Shown in pieces: positions 1 to 18,245 of a DNA stretch of 64,000 nt. The stretch lies in the NCBI RefSeq assembly GCF_009914755.1, contig NC_060937.1; one strand, given 5' to 3'. The notes beneath the pieces are model-generated. The model did no database searches, was not told the origin of the DNA, and saw nothing but the letters and a program-made list of their open reading frames with translations. The DNA is from the human T2T-CHM13v2.0 reference genome, Homo sapiens. The position numbers and the translations under genes were made by a program. Numbering within the stretch: position 1 is the first letter of the stretch; each line of letters begins with the position of its first letter.

Positions 1-162
1 ACTATTCTAAAATTAACGCTTTTAAGGTAAAATCATTATATACTTGATGCTACATAAGGTCAATACGTGGTGCTACACTTTTATATTAACAACTGAAATA
101 AAGTTGTAAAGTCACCCATGAACAGCTTTAAGATATACAGTTAAAATTAAAAACACAAAAAC

Positions 163-410
163 ATTTGAGAAGCTGAGGTAGGAGGACCACTTGAGGCCAG
201 GAGTTTAAGACTAGCCTGTGAAACATAGTGAAACCTCATCTCTACCAAAAAAAAAAAAAAAGCTGGGAGTGGGGTGTGGTGATGAGCGCCTGTAGTCCTA
301 GCTACCTGGGAAACCGAGACAGGAGGGTCAGTTGAGCCTTGAGGTTAAGGCTGCAATGAGCCATAATCATGCCAATGCACTCCAGCCTAAGTGATGGAGC
401 AAGACCCTGT
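163..410 (+). mobile_element. Old Alu (AluJ-like), 5'-eroded, followed by a TA/CA-rich microsatellite to ~520
   Basis: Divergent Alu motifs (cacttgaggccaggagttt, tgtagtcctagctac, gcactccagcct). Confidence 0.85.
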
Positions 411-555
411 CATACATATACACACACAATTGTTAATATGCTTGAGTGTTTAAATGTCACCTATCTTCATATATTATATATATATGTGTGTGTGTATATG
501 TATATACATGTATGCTCTATATATCGAACAAAGAAGCTCTTAAAAATTGACTATC

Positions 556-901
<346 letters not shown>

Positions 902-1559
902 CTAGTAGTAATAATATATTAAAGCATTAACACCAAAATTGTGCATAACAATGCCATTTTCTCATGGTAGGTTTTAAATTTTTCTTCTTTTTGGGACTAC
1001 TAAAAAAAAAAAACAAAAAAACTCCACGTAGTAAATGTAACAGTACTCTCAAAATCTCTCTGCACTCTTCCATTATATTGATTTCATCTCCCTATTCTCA
1101 TCTTTCCACATGGTTAAGAGGCATGTTTGAAAGTTAATCCGGATGAGCACACTATGTAAACAACAGGGTTCACCACTAGCTGCACTCCATCTCCAAGCTG
1201 GTACAGTGGTTACTTTCCTTTGCATACATAATCATGGTAACAGCAGTGTCAGCTTAAGAATCTTCTCTAGAAATCAAGCAATCTTAACATGGGAAGCCCT
1301 CAAATTACACATAAGTTATATGCTAAAAGTTCATTCACTATTCTGTTACTTGGGAACTCACAACACACATCCAAAACAAATGTTCTATAAGTGATGTTTC
1401 AAGCCACTATACAGCCAATGTAACCCTAAAATAATAGAAAGGAGCAGAGCATTATATTGTTGTGATTATAGCAGTAGAAACTGAAAAGAAAATGTTTAAA
1501 ATTTGGGGTTTTGCTGGTACTTGAGAAAAGGCTGTTCCAATGAGAACATCATGCCAACC

Positions 1560-2000
1560 ACACTGGCTGACCCAGTCTGTGCCCTTTGACGGACACACCT
1601 CTGGGTAATCTCCTCAATTTCCCCTCATCCTACACAGCAAACTCTCCCTGTTCCCTGCTGCCCCTTCCCACAGTTAGTACCTTCACTAGACTAATGACTC
1701 CCAAATCTACAGAGCTCCCACCTTGCTCTGTCTCCTGGGCTGTGGACCCACTGGCCCAACACTGTTCATCTCCACTTGGATATTCTACAGTCACATCAAA
1801 TGAAACTCATCACCCATGCACTCCTCACTGCATGAAGCAGCTACCACCCCTCCTGTACTCTGTTTCTGAACGTCATCCCCACCCCCACAGATGGCTCATT
1901 TTATTAAAACAGTGGGTGTCATTCCCACTCCTTCTCTTTTATCACCACCTCCCAAACTAGCAAGCACCAAACACCCAGGTCTGTCTGCTGGCTGCCGTGA
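1560..2000 (+). mobile_element. L2 LINE fragment
   Basis: atctccacttggatattctacag...aatgaaactcatc resembles the L2 3' region. Confidence 0.65.
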
Positions 2001-2947
2001 ACCTCTAAAGCACTCCTCTATTCTGCCTGGTCATCTTGTTTCTTTAGCCTCCAGGAAAGCTTGCTGATGCACAACAAATAGGTGTAGGTTGCCACATCAT
2101 CAAGAGTGAGGAAGAATGCAAGAGCCCTACAAAAACACAAAAGGTACCTTTTTCTCATTAATGTTTCAGGGAAGGAGCCTCCCTCTGGAAATTAAAAACG
2201 AGGATCCCAATATAGCCTCGGTATTAGTTGTATACGCATCAGAATGTCTCAATCTTTTCATCTTTTATGCTCAGTCTCTCTGCTCACAACTCAAAGCAAT
2301 TTGATAGGCTTGAGAACTATTTTGCTTAATAACGAGATGTCTGACAGGACAGCCAGATATAATGATGAATTGGTTAGCAAATACACATCTAAAAGGCTAT
2401 TTCGAATACAGGCTCCATGAGAGCAAGGATTCTGGTCTACTTTATTTACTGTTACATCCATTGCTTAGACCATGTGGTAGCACGTAGTAGGCACTTAATA
2501 AAAAGATAACACATACATATACATTATATCAATTATTAAAAATTTGTAGTTATCACAATATAAATACAAAAAGCAAATTATTGTACAACTATTTTAATTG
2601 GGATTTGAAATAGTTTTCTTTATGCTAAAAAACAAAAGTGTGTTTGCTCTTTGGGGTGTCTGACTAAATTCAGCACAATTTTTGGCAGTTTTTTTCTAAA
2701 AACAGTTTGTTACACATAGAAAATTATACTTAATATGAAATATATATCACTTCTACATAATTAGACTTAATAGAAATTAGTCTGAATAGAAACCAGTCTC
2801 CAGTAGCAGCAACCTTTCTCAACTAATACACCTTGAGTATACTGCAGCAAATCAGGTATATCTGATTATGTCCCCAATAAGTCTGCAGCACACACCTACT
2901 CAAAAAGATGGACAGGTAACCAATGTTTATAGATTATATAAATCCCC

Positions 2948-3367
2948 CGATATAGTCTAGATATGTGTCTTGGCCCAAATCTCATGTCAAATTGTAATCC
3001 ACAACATTGGAGATAGGGCCTGGTAGGAGAGGATTGGATCATTGGGGTGGATTCTCATGGTTTAACACTATCCCCGTTGGTGCTGTTGACACAATAGTGA
3101 TTTCTTGTAAGATCGGGTTGTTTAAAAGTATGTGGCACCTACCCTCTCTCTCTCTTGCTCCTGCTGCCATCATGTAAGACACCACTCTCCCCCTTTGCCT
3201 TCTGCCATGAGTGTAAACTTCCTGAGGCCTTCCCAGAAGCTGAGCAGATGCCAGTGTTATGCTTCCTGTACAGCCTGCAAAAACCACGAGCCAATTAAAC
3301 CTCTTTTCCGTATAAATTACCCAGTCTCAGGTATTTATTTGTAGCAATGTGAGAATGGATTAATACA
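2948..3367 (+). mobile_element. MaLR solo LTR (MSTA-like)
   Basis: Begins gatatagtctagatatgtgtc...caaatctcatgtcaaattgtaatcc and ends ataaattacccagtctcaggtatt...ggattaataca, the MST/THE1 LTR signature. Confidence 0.9.
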
Positions 3368-3418
3368 TATAATACATCCCTCATCCCCTCTCTAGGGTAA
3401 ATTAGAATAATTTTTTTG

Positions 3419-4042
<624 letters not shown>

Positions 4043-5899
4043 AGGATAATTTTTAACTAATGCTAACACGGTGTCACTATAATATGCCAGTTTGTTGCTG
4101 GATGCAAAAATAAAACCCTAAACGTGGAGTGAATCCTATTCACAAGAAACATGTCTTCTTTTCATATTCTTTGTTGGTGTTTGTTCTAACGAGAAGGACC
4201 AAATATCAACATATCCTTCAGTCCCAGTAACTGCTTTCCTAAAATAACTTTTTCATTCTAGCTTTGAACAACTTTTATGCCATCAAGATGGTGAATTTTA
4301 AATTGTGAGTTGTGAAGAAAGACAATTTTCTTAGACGTATTATTATATTTTCATGTAAATACTTAGAGTGCTCAGAACTTTCTTATTCTGTTTTCAATTT
4401 GAGGTCACTAAAGGGCAAAAAGGAGTCTCACTGGTGGCAAGATTTATTCAGAGAACACTGTCACTCTGAGAACAGCTGTGCTGGAGACACAGCCTCACCA
4501 CCCAAACCCACAAGCCTACCAAATTAGGTCAAAACACTAAAATACAACTGCTTAACAGATCTTCAAAACCTAGAGTCAGCTGTTCATGTTTTGTACTTGA
4601 AAAATACACATTAGAACAGAGTCAGAGGATCAAAGGCTAGAAGTTTCATCCCAGAGCTTTCCGGACACGACTGTATCTCAACTGTGTCAGAGAGGAGGGT
4701 GAAAATGTAAAATTACAAACCTAGAATGCTACAAAAATAAAAATATTACATTTTCTATTTCCTGAATTAAAAATAGGAGAGATACACAATCGCTTAGGGA
4801 AAATATTCTGAGAAGAGACAGTCATGAATATAAAAAACACAACAACACAACACTGTTCTCTAAATGGAAGAGAAGTGGTAACAGCAGAAGGTGAGCCTGT
4901 TGGTATATGTTGTACTATTGCCCTCTATTCACAAATGAGTAGAAAATTTTGGATTTCCAGCATCAAACTACTGTTAGATGGAATAGCAAGTAAGTACAAA
5001 TTAGCCTATATTTTATACAGAGTGACTCAGCATGCACACAAATATCAATAAATTGCCGACACTAGAAGGCTATTTATTGACTTGTAAAGAAAGCATCATT
5101 ATTTAATATGGAATATCTGTGGAGCTGCCCCTATTAAATAGTTACAGTCATGTAAATGCAATTTTCCAAAGTATGACCTACATAAAGCTAGTGCCTAGAA
5201 ATTATCCATGAAGACTTCCAGGGTTAATACATTTGAGGATAGAGACTCATAATGTTTGTTAGCATATTACAGACTCCAAGCGGTTCCTCAGTAGAGAAGC
5301 CAGCTCAATGTTGTTTAAACCAGTATTGCTCAAAGATAACTAGTGCGACACTTTATTCCCAAGATGAGTTATTAATGCACTTAAAGAATTGCTAATATAG
5401 ACATATGCAAAATCACTGTCTAAAAGTTTGTACCAGATTATGTACCTAAATTTGTATCAACTCCATAAGCATTATAAAGACTCTTCGTTGCTTATATTTT
5501 CCTTTTCTCATTGTTTAATTTGGGGGAATAAAAGGATTCATTTCAGAGAAACAATTTCTGGAGACAAGTTTACAGGGGGAACACTGTCACTCTTTGGCCC
5601 GCATGGGAAGGCGCTACAAAGTCATCTTCTATCCGATATGGAAGTTGAAAGCCTTGCAGTTGTCCCATTCCCGTGGATCTTGCTCATCATCCCAACCCAT
5701 ATATCCAGTCACCCCCACTGCACTGATTATGCCTTCTGCACTGTTCTCAGGTCTGTTTCAATCTTCCACTCCCCACAGTCAGTGTCCTAGTTTGAGCCAC
5801 CAGCAGCTTTGCCAAGGTCCATTCTTGGCATACCCCATACCTTGTAGCCCAGATCACCTTTTAATCCTTGGAAGTGTTTTCTATCTACCAAGACTGTAT

Positions 5900-8160
<2,261 letters not shown>

Positions 8161-9299
8161 ATGTCGGGAATGTTATAGGCTTGATGAATGCATTGACAAA
8201 CAAATGAAGAAATGCAGAAGTTTCTAAGTAGGAAGAGTAGGCTATCTGTACAAATCTAAACAAACTCTCAGACACTTTTTTTTAAAGGCAAGCCTTAAAA
8301 TAATGTCTTTTTTTCTCTAAACATAGCTATGCTTCTTTTAAAGACCTCTTAAAACAATTTACACAAAGAGCAAGTGATGGCTACTGAACGTGAATTGTGG
8401 AGCTAATCCCAGTAAAGAGATACATCTTTCTATTTTCTCAAAAGGAATTAGGACAAGGCACACGGACTTAGCATCACCCTTCCTTTCAAATTAAAAGTGA
8501 TTTATGGATTGTTGATTCAGAATTTGGTTGCCACTAATACTTCATATTTGTATGTTAAATGATTACAGAGAAGAAATCTGGATGGTAAGGAAGTTTTCTT
8601 TTAAAAAGAGACATAATTACTTTATTATTAGACCTACGATAAAAAAGGGCAGAAGGCAAGCAACTCAGTCAAACTGAAGTTTTGTAGCTTTGGCAAGCAT
8701 CCCAGTTCTCCTAATGTTAGTCTTCCTAGGACTTTACTACTTACTGGTCATGAAGTTTAACTCATATTCACAAAGAAGAATATAAGATGAGAACAAAAAC
8801 ATACAAGCCCAAAAGCAGGTGAATCAGGCAATGCTCTGTGAACTGGAAAATGCTAGTAAAATCTAGGCAATTGTTATTATTTATTCCATGAATAAATAGT
8901 TAGATTATTCTTATCACTATAAATTTTCACTAACACAGATAATCAAGAGCTTGGCAGTAGAAAGTATTAGAATAGTAAATTACATGTAAGATTAAAAAAT
9001 TAGTTAGTATGACTGACATTATATACCTGTAGCAGATAATTAAGGTTCTAAGCCAATCGAAAACTAATGACAAGAGGTATTATGAAGATAAAATATCCTG
9101 TTGCTTCACTTGTCTGGTAAATACGATCTCTTCCCATGCATATTTGAGCATTAGGACCTGAAGATTTAGTGGACAATTGTAGTTTATTGATTAACTTAAT
9201 CTCTTAGCACAACATATTCTGCTATCCAATCTTAGAGCAAATAAAACCACTTGACATTTATTCTGCTTTTTATAGTTTACAAAACACTTTCAAGTTAGC

Positions 9300-9600
9300 T
9301 CTCCTTCTGTTAGACCAACTAGGCTAGAAGGACATCGACCTGAACCTACCGGTAGTTATCAAACCATTCAGTCTGGGGGGATTGCCAGAGAATGAAAGGA
9401 ACCCAGAAAAACACAGAGCTGAGGGGCAGAAAGAGAGAGAAACATTTCTAACGATATTGTGGGAGACCTAAATCCAACTTACTTGAAACACCCCTACACC
9501 CCTGCACCTTTCAGTTACAAGACTCAATAAATTCCCTTTTCTGTTTAAGTCCGTGTGAACCACGTTTCTATCACTTGCAGCTGAGAAAGGCCTGGGTAAC
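9300..9600 (+). mobile_element. MLT1-type MaLR LTR 3' part
   Basis: caataaattcccttttctgtttaag...tttctatcacttgcagctgag is the MLT1 3' end pattern. Confidence 0.7.
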
Positions 9601-10332
9601 ATTAAGTCAGTCACATTGCTAACTGCACCAAGAATCACACTGTTAATTGCACTAGGAGTCACGGTGCTCAACTGCTCCTTACACGAGCCTTTGAGTGATG
9701 AAAAAAGCCTGTTTGTTTTGAACCCCCATACAATCACTTAACTACCTAGATGATCTCAGACAGGACATATAATGTGTCTGTGCCTCCAAATGAGCCCCAA
9801 ATACAAGGATATAATTTAATTTATAAGGTTATTTTGAGAGCTAAATTAGAGATCTTTTCCCAAAGGAATTAGATAGAGTCTGGCGCCTAGAATCCAATAA
9901 ATGGTAACATTACTCCTGCTCTCTCTCCTGACATGGTACTCAACAAGATAAGATATGTAAAGCATCTATTATAATTCCTGGTACAATGTAAGATACTCAA
10001 TACATGTTAATTCTCTTTGCAATGAAAATGATTCAGGACTGGTAATCACATTCATCTTACATCACTATTTTTCACATTGTAGAAAAATAACTAAAAAGAA
10101 GAATATAGACCAACTCCAATGGCCTTTTTAACCCCCACATTTCCAAAAAGGTACAAAAACACTGTTAGAGGGAGGAAAATAAGAACATATAAATGGGTAG
10201 TTGGAAATATTAAATGAACCAGGCAATTTCCAGCATTTGAGCCATGTGAAGCCTCAACATAAATGTAGGGATTTCAAGTTCTCCAAAGGGGAAGATAATC
10301 ACAAGCTACAGAAGTAATAGCAGAACCACTCA

Positions 10333-10485
<153 letters not shown>

Positions 10486-10811
10486 CTAGATAGATAAAAA
10501 CATCTACTTAGTTTTGGTCGTCCATCCTCACATCAAGATGTGGTTGACCAAAGATGCTATAAGTGCACCAGAACAACAGTTACCAATCACAGTTGAAAAC
10601 AGTCACAAAAATAAACTTACATGGTTTGAAATGTATTTCATACCACATTTAAGACCATGCTAAAGATTAAAAGGAATGCTCTCAACCTTTTCATAAATAA
10701 GAATATTAAAGAATTTTGAACCATACCCATAAGATACTCTTTATGTACAATGGCAGCAAATCAAATATGTGACACAAAACTGGAATTTTGCCAAAATATA
10801 TGTAGACGGAA

Positions 10812-11128
<317 letters not shown>

Positions 11129-11132
11129 TCTA

Positions 11133-11180
<48 letters not shown>
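11133..11180. repeat. (TATC)12 tetranucleotide STR; probably marker D13S787
   Basis: 12 perfect TATC units counted. Flanks ACCTGGGAGGCGGAGCTC (11015) and rev-comp ATCAGGATTCCAGGAGGAAA (~11247-11266) match the D13S787 primers as I recall them (marker identity unverified). Confidence 0.9.
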
Positions 11181-11181
<1 letters not shown>

Positions 11182-12472
11182 GTAGGCAGAAATATACAAA
11201 ACCAGTTACAACTTTAGACCCGCTGGATCTAACAAATGTTGTTTGGTTTCCTCCTGGAATCCTGATATATCTTAAATGAGAGAAATGAAACGGTCAGAAT
11301 TCTAGTTTTGTGATAAAAGGTGAAAGAAAATTAAATAGGTGTGGTGGGGGTAGAGAAAGAAATAGCAATGCAGCATCTCGTGAGTATAGATGTATCGAAG
11401 AATTCTGATGCAGCTGTTGGAGAGGCTGGAACTAGACTCCCACACCTGGTGTCAGGAAGTACAAAGGAAGCAGCTGCTGTATAGGGAGGGCTCAACTAGA
11501 TGACCAGGGGAAAAGGAGCACTCTCCTCTGAGTAGAGGATATAGGCCACTGAAACACAGTGGGAGAAGAAAGCATTAAAGAAAGTTTGGACATGAAATCT
11601 GCTGTTTACAAAGTACTGAAAACTAAATTTTGCAAAGAAATCTAAAATAAACATACAGCATTTTTTCACTGCAACATCTGACTCAAATATTGTTTTTCAA
11701 CACTGACTTGAACATTTGACTTCATGCAGGCAAGTAGAAAATGCTTTATTTTAAAGGACAAATTTTGACATGCAATTATGCTTCTGATATGTATCTTTGT
11801 GATTCAGAAATGGGATTTGTAGAGAATGTGCAGCTGTTGACTTGAAAGAAGTGAGGATTAGTTTGGTTAAAAGAGAAAATTTAAATGACCTCTGGCTTCT
11901 GGCTGCATCTAGATATAGAATTATGGTTCTAAATTATAAAGTTAAGTTTAAACCTTCCCTAGAAAAATACAGACATTTCCTAAATATAAATATTGCTTTC
12001 TTCTAACTGGTAATCTAAACATATAGCTAAATATAGCTCTTTCAATTCTACATTTTATAATGAGTAACGATGCATAAAGATAATCAGGGAGGCCAAAATT
12101 ACTCAATGTCTTACCTATATTCTAACAGAGTAAATTATCAGGAACTGAAACTCTTACATTCTAACCTCAACTGAGGTGTTATTTTGCCCCAATGTATAAA
12201 TAAATCAGAATTCAAGAGTTTCATTTCTTCAATTATGCCTTTTACAAAATGATATAAACATGGGGTAACTTTTTTGAATTATAAAAACAGAGCAAAATAA
12301 ATTAAATATGAAAACAGAGCAAAATAAATTAAATGTGCATTCTTTTTATGCTTATTTGCTGATAAACTAAACAATTCCAAAGACATGAGCCTATCTGCCT
12401 ACCCAGGGAGTCATGCATTCCTGGGGCCAAGAAACTTATTAAGTCACAGAAAAATGAAGAGCCTATTTTTAA

Positions 12473-12814
<342 letters not shown>

Positions 12815-13669
12815 TTAAAAACACTGTTTATGTCCCCATAGAAAGTTGAAACAATTCACTTCCTTTCCACCCGTGTTCATCTCCACTGTCCAAGTGTAAT
12901 ATAAAAGCTGAACCCAGGCAGCTCCTCTACCAGGACTTTGCCTCTCTCTGTCTCTAGGGGGCTATTGTTTTTGGAGGGCGGAGGAGGGAAAGGTTGGTTT
13001 TCCATTTTAAAAGAAAATTATCAGAACACTTTTTCAAGAAGAAAGCCACAAAACAGACTTTTAAAAGCCAGGCCTTCTACTAAAGATATCAGCAAATCAA
13101 GACTTTTGCCAAGTAATGTTAATTTTTAAAAATAACTCAGAAATCCTTTAAAAATTATATTGATATGAATAGATACTGAGTAAGGTAAAGCAAATATAGA
13201 TTCACGGTTTTGTCTATATAATAGATTTCCTTCACTGAAACATGTATTTCATGTTTGAAGGTACAGAAAAACAGAGCACATTTATTACCTTCTAGGGACT
13301 GAATTTTACAAAACTATAAAGCAATTAAATAGTGATTACTTTGTTAAACAGGTAACTGAATCATCATAAAGTGAATACTGCCTAAGATGAAAGATGGGTG
13401 TTTAAGGTGTTTACATAACTCTCAAGATCTGAAGAGGAGTGAGAATTCCATAACAATCTCAGTCATTACAAACATCTACGCATCTGATGTCATGCAGACC
13501 TGGCATCCAGATGGTTCATGAAAGTTTTCTGGTCTTCATCTCAAAACCTGGGAAGTTGGTTTTGAATATTATCTAAAACTAACAGCAATTACTATCTAAA
13601 CTTCAAACCTAAAAACACAAAAATTTTAAAAAGATACAAAATGAATAAACATATGTATATATAAAATTA

Positions 13670-14150
<481 letters not shown>

Positions 14151-14265
14151 ATGTTTTAGAAGCATAATTATTATAATAAATAGGTATCATTGGCAAGAAT
14201 GTAAAGTTATATATTTATTTGGGATAATGACTCCGGAAAACTTCAGAACAAAGGTACATACATAC

Positions 14266-14340
14266 CTGAAGTTGCATATCAGCTGCAGCACAAACCTTTT
14301 TAGATTCACAAAGACGAGACACCATATTTTTTGGCAGTGG
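14266..14340 (-). CDS. MIPEP: MIPEP coding exon (probably exon 15), 75 nt, [25 protein letters not shown]
   Basis: ttttgttttatcaag|CCACTG...CTTCAG|gtatgt; 25 codons, phase 0-0. Too short to appear in the ORF track. Confidence 0.96.
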
Positions 14341-15701
14341 CTTGATAAAACAAAAGAATATATATGTGAGTAAACTGCGTAATAAGTCACTGCACTATGT
14401 ATAAGTCAGGAAATTTAAAAATAACATCAAATGTAACATGAGTAATAGAATTTCATTATAGTTTAAAAATAATAACTTTAAATATTTTAGTTGGCAAGAC
14501 AACATGAATAAAGACATTCTGTTTAATTTCAAAAAGTGGTAATTGTCAAATAAGGGTTTGTACATGAAAATACAGGATTACGTGGAACTAAGACACTGGC
14601 GCCGATCTTTAAAAATCTATTTAAAACCTCAAAGGGAATACTTTTTCTGTTCCTTTGCTATTAGTGAGTGCCTGTTCAAATACTCTCTTGACTTTTAAGT
14701 GCATATCATCACTGACAATAGGACTAAAAGATGAAAATGTCAAGAAATAAATGGTAATTCATAGTGTCCGCCAGTGTTAAAGCTAAACTGACATCCTAAC
14801 AAATAGTCATAATAATGTATTGCAGATTATTTTCTTTTCGAATCTGAAAGAACTGTAGAGCTTGGACACTTAGTTTAATGTCCCTATGTGATTTAAGGCT
14901 TTCTTTTTGAGATGAATTAGGCCTAACCCTATAACATACAGATCCTCTTAGAAATAAATTAATAATGTAGTTGAACAAGAACTTTCCTCAATCTTACTCT
15001 ACTTTAAAATCATTAATACTGATGTTTATTAAAGAAAGATACCGATTTACAACCTAATTAAGCTAAAAGCCCCTCTAAAGAGAAACACATTATATAAAGA
15101 CCAATGGCAAGTTACTCAGTGGTATGGTTGTATAAATTAACCACCTGTGAATGAGAACGTGGGCTGTCCGCTGGAAGCGGAAACTAGCCACTGCTTTGTA
15201 GGAGTCTACTCGGCAGACACTCAGGAAAGATTTGTGAAGGAATGAACTAATAGAAGAACTGCTAGGAAACGGCTTCTTAAGTGAAAGACATAGAATCTGC
15301 TGACTGCTCAGATGACAAACCTACAGCCTTTTCTCTTTCCATTTGGCAGCAAGAGAAGTAAACTAGGCAGAAAAGACAATATTTTTAAAGAGCTAAGACA
15401 CAGATGGGAGAAAGCTACATAGTGTGAATTCTGGTACAGGTCACAGGCCTGGGGCTTTCTGACACCAGGGGCGCTCATCTTGTATGAAAGAAATACTTCC
15501 TCAAACAGGATTTTTAACAGTCAAGATTTATTTAAGTCATATCTGCCAACAGATTGTGTCAAAATGTTCACGTTTCTTTAAACCTTACTTTATATCATAT
15601 TTTATATTGTTGACAGGATTCATGCTACATTTAAAAGATTTTTCATGCTTCACCAAGTTTTAATAATTTTTACAAAAAAAGTATATGTGGAAGAATGACA
15701 C

Positions 15702-16449
15702 TGAAACCACCTTTGCAGAATTGTAAGTAATAAGAAGAGAAATCTAACATGACTGACTCCATCCTGCTTCTAACCTCTCAGGCTACATTGTCTTTAGCTT
15801 ATTCTAGTGCAGAGGCCAAGATAACTATAAGAAAAATTTGGTTTATAGTTAAACTTTGAGGCTAGAAAACCTGACCTTCCTGCTTGTTTGGGGACTGAAG
15901 CCACATTCCTGAGGCTGGATTTGAATTATGGTAGGGGCCTGGACTTTGCTAAACAATAGATACACTTAAACAATCACCTGCCACTGCTAAGCTTGCTTTT
16001 CTATAAGTTGCTCACTACCAGAGTCACATAGCCAGAGGCTATAAGACTTGTAACTTCCCCAGCTACTCCTGTAAATAACATGATTATTGTGGAACCTAAA
16101 GAACTGGTCTTTGAGATATTTTTCAGATTTAGCATTTCAACAAACCAAGAGATGCTACCCGGTCCTGAGACCCACCTCCCAACCAGAAACAGACTCAGCT
16201 GTGCAGTTTAGACACTCCTGTGATTTCATCCACAGCTTATCAACTGTTTCAGTTCCCCAGGCCCCTGCCTGACAAAGTATCTTTAAAAACTCTAGCCTCC
16301 AAGTTCTCAGGGAGGTGGATTTGAGAAACGCCTTCTGTTTTCCACTTAGCTGGCCCTGCTATGATTAAACTGTTTGTTGCAACATTTGCTGTTCTCGGTG
16401 CATTAGCTTTTCTGGGCAGTGGGCAAGAAGAACCCATTGAGCTGTGACA
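15702..16449 (+). mobile_element. ERV1 solo LTR (LTR8/LTR8A-like)
   Basis: TG...CA termini; starts tgaaaccacctttgcagaatt...gactccatcctgcttctaacctc and ends ggcagtgggcaagaagaacccattgagctgtgaca. Confidence 0.85.
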
Positions 16450-16870
16450 ATATTTTCTCATTTAACTAACACATATGAAGACCATGTAAGCAAGCACTGC
16501 ATTAGGCACAAGGGGCACAAACAGTGGGCAACAGCAGGTGTCTGCCCCCAAAACTTCTCAGCTAGCATTCTCCACGTAAGCACCAATTCCACAGTTACTA
16601 ACTGTGCAGGGAAGAAAAGGCCCGTAGGGGACGGTATGTGAGCTGTGACCCTGAAAGGCTTGATGGATGTAGGAGTGAGATTTGCCAAATGAATAGGTGT
16701 TAACTAGACAAGAGAAGGATGGATGGGAAGGGGAAAGAAGCATTTCAGGCAGAAGAAACAGCACATGCAAAGGGCAGGAAAGAACAGGGCTGTTGGCAGA
16801 AGGTGGAAGCCAGCAGAGGACAGGAAAGGAGGTCCCCATTGGAGAAGCCGGGAAGCTGAGCCACGCTGGG
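16450..16870 (-). mobile_element. L2 fragment
   Basis: Purine-rich gcatttcaggcagaagaaacagcacatgcaaagg is typical of reverse L2. Confidence 0.7.
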
Positions 16871-16884
16871 TCCCATCTCCACCC

Positions 16885-17085
16885 TGAGAAATAAAAAAAA
16901 AAATTCTGAGCCCCTAACTGACTGAACAGACCCCCTGTTGGCCAAAGGGACCCCAGAGAAACTCTGGAAACTTGAGTTCCAGACCATGACGGGATGGGCA
17001 GTTGGTCGTGCCTCACTCTCCCCGTCCCTCGCTCACTGCCATTAGGCTTTCTTCCCTACCAGCAAACCAGACACTGCCTCTAAAA
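16885..17085 (+). mobile_element. ERV1 LTR 5' fragment (MER39-like)
   Basis: tgagaaataaaaa...gactgaacagaccccctgttggccaaagggaccccagagaaac. Confidence 0.65.
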
Positions 17086-17707
17086 AAAGAAAATACGTAT
17101 TTAGAAAAAAACAAAAAATGCTACCACTGGAGAAAACTGGGTGAAGGGGACATAGGACCTCTCTGCATTTTTGTTTTTGCAACTTTCTGTGAATTTATAA
17201 CTATTTCAAAATAAAAAGTTAAGTACCCAATTATCTATTCAATGTCTACTATACATTGTAATACAAAAAACATTCACTTGTAAAGAAACACATAAGTAGA
17301 GAATAAGTACAATCCTAGTAGAATAGTGCAGAGGACAGAATCATTAACTCATCAAATCACAAATAAAAAATACACATATTGTGTGTGCTATACATAGAAA
17401 AGTAAATGTTCTTTTTAAAAAAACTAGTTTGATTGTTAGTCAACTGGAATTAATAAGTGTATTAATTGAAATGAAGTTATATGCTTATTCTCTTAGAAAA
17501 TACTTGCTTTTTAAAACATAACAAATTTGAAAAAAAAACTTAAATACCATACAAACTGATTTTCTTTTAAAGTTGTATCTAAAGTTATTTTTTAAAAATA
17601 AACCACGTTTCAAAATTAAAACTGAAATTTAAAAATGTTTCCTGGTCAAGATTTTCTTCTGTAAATATTGCTTTGCCAATCGCGGCCATGATAACCAATA
17701 TTGAACT

Positions 17708-18245
17708 ACAGTGTTCCCTGGTATACATGGGGGAACTGGTTCCGGGACCTCCTAAGGATACCAAGATCTGTAGATGTGCAAGTCCCTGCTGTGAAATGAT
17801 ACGGTATTTGCATATAACCTATGCACATCCTCCTGTATATTTGAAATCACCTCGTGTGTAAATAGTTGTTATAGTGTATGTTTTAGAAAATAATGACAAG
17901 AAAAAAAGTCTGTACATGTTCAGTACCGACACAACCATCCATTTTTCTTCCCCAAATATATATACATATAAATACGTATTTATGTATATCTATAAAAAAA
18001 TATAAAATATACCTATCTCTCTCATAAATAGGCTTTCACTGTATTGCCCAGGCTGGAGTGCAGTGGCACAATCATAATTCACTGCATCCTCGAACTCCTG
18101 GGCTCAAAGATCCTCCCACCTCAGCCAAGATCTTGAGGGGCTAAGACTACAGGCATGAGCCACCGTGTCCAGCCCCCAAATAATTTCAATCTGCTGTTGG
18201 TTGAATCCACAGATGCGGAACCCACAGATACAGAAGGTTGACTGT
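17708..18245 (+). mobile_element. MER2 (Tigger-family MITE) with nested Alu monomer (~18030-18174, minus)
   Basis: TA-flanked cagtgttccctggtatac...gatacagaaggttgactg; internal gtatttgcatataacctatgcacatcctc. Confidence 0.85.

Noticed and set aside
15461-15476. CTCF-like gacaccaggggcgctc
   Set aside because: One G short of the CCACCAGGGGGCGC core, so the spacing is broken. Similar near-matches at ~38384-38397 and ~22163-22180 lack the near-invariant central G.
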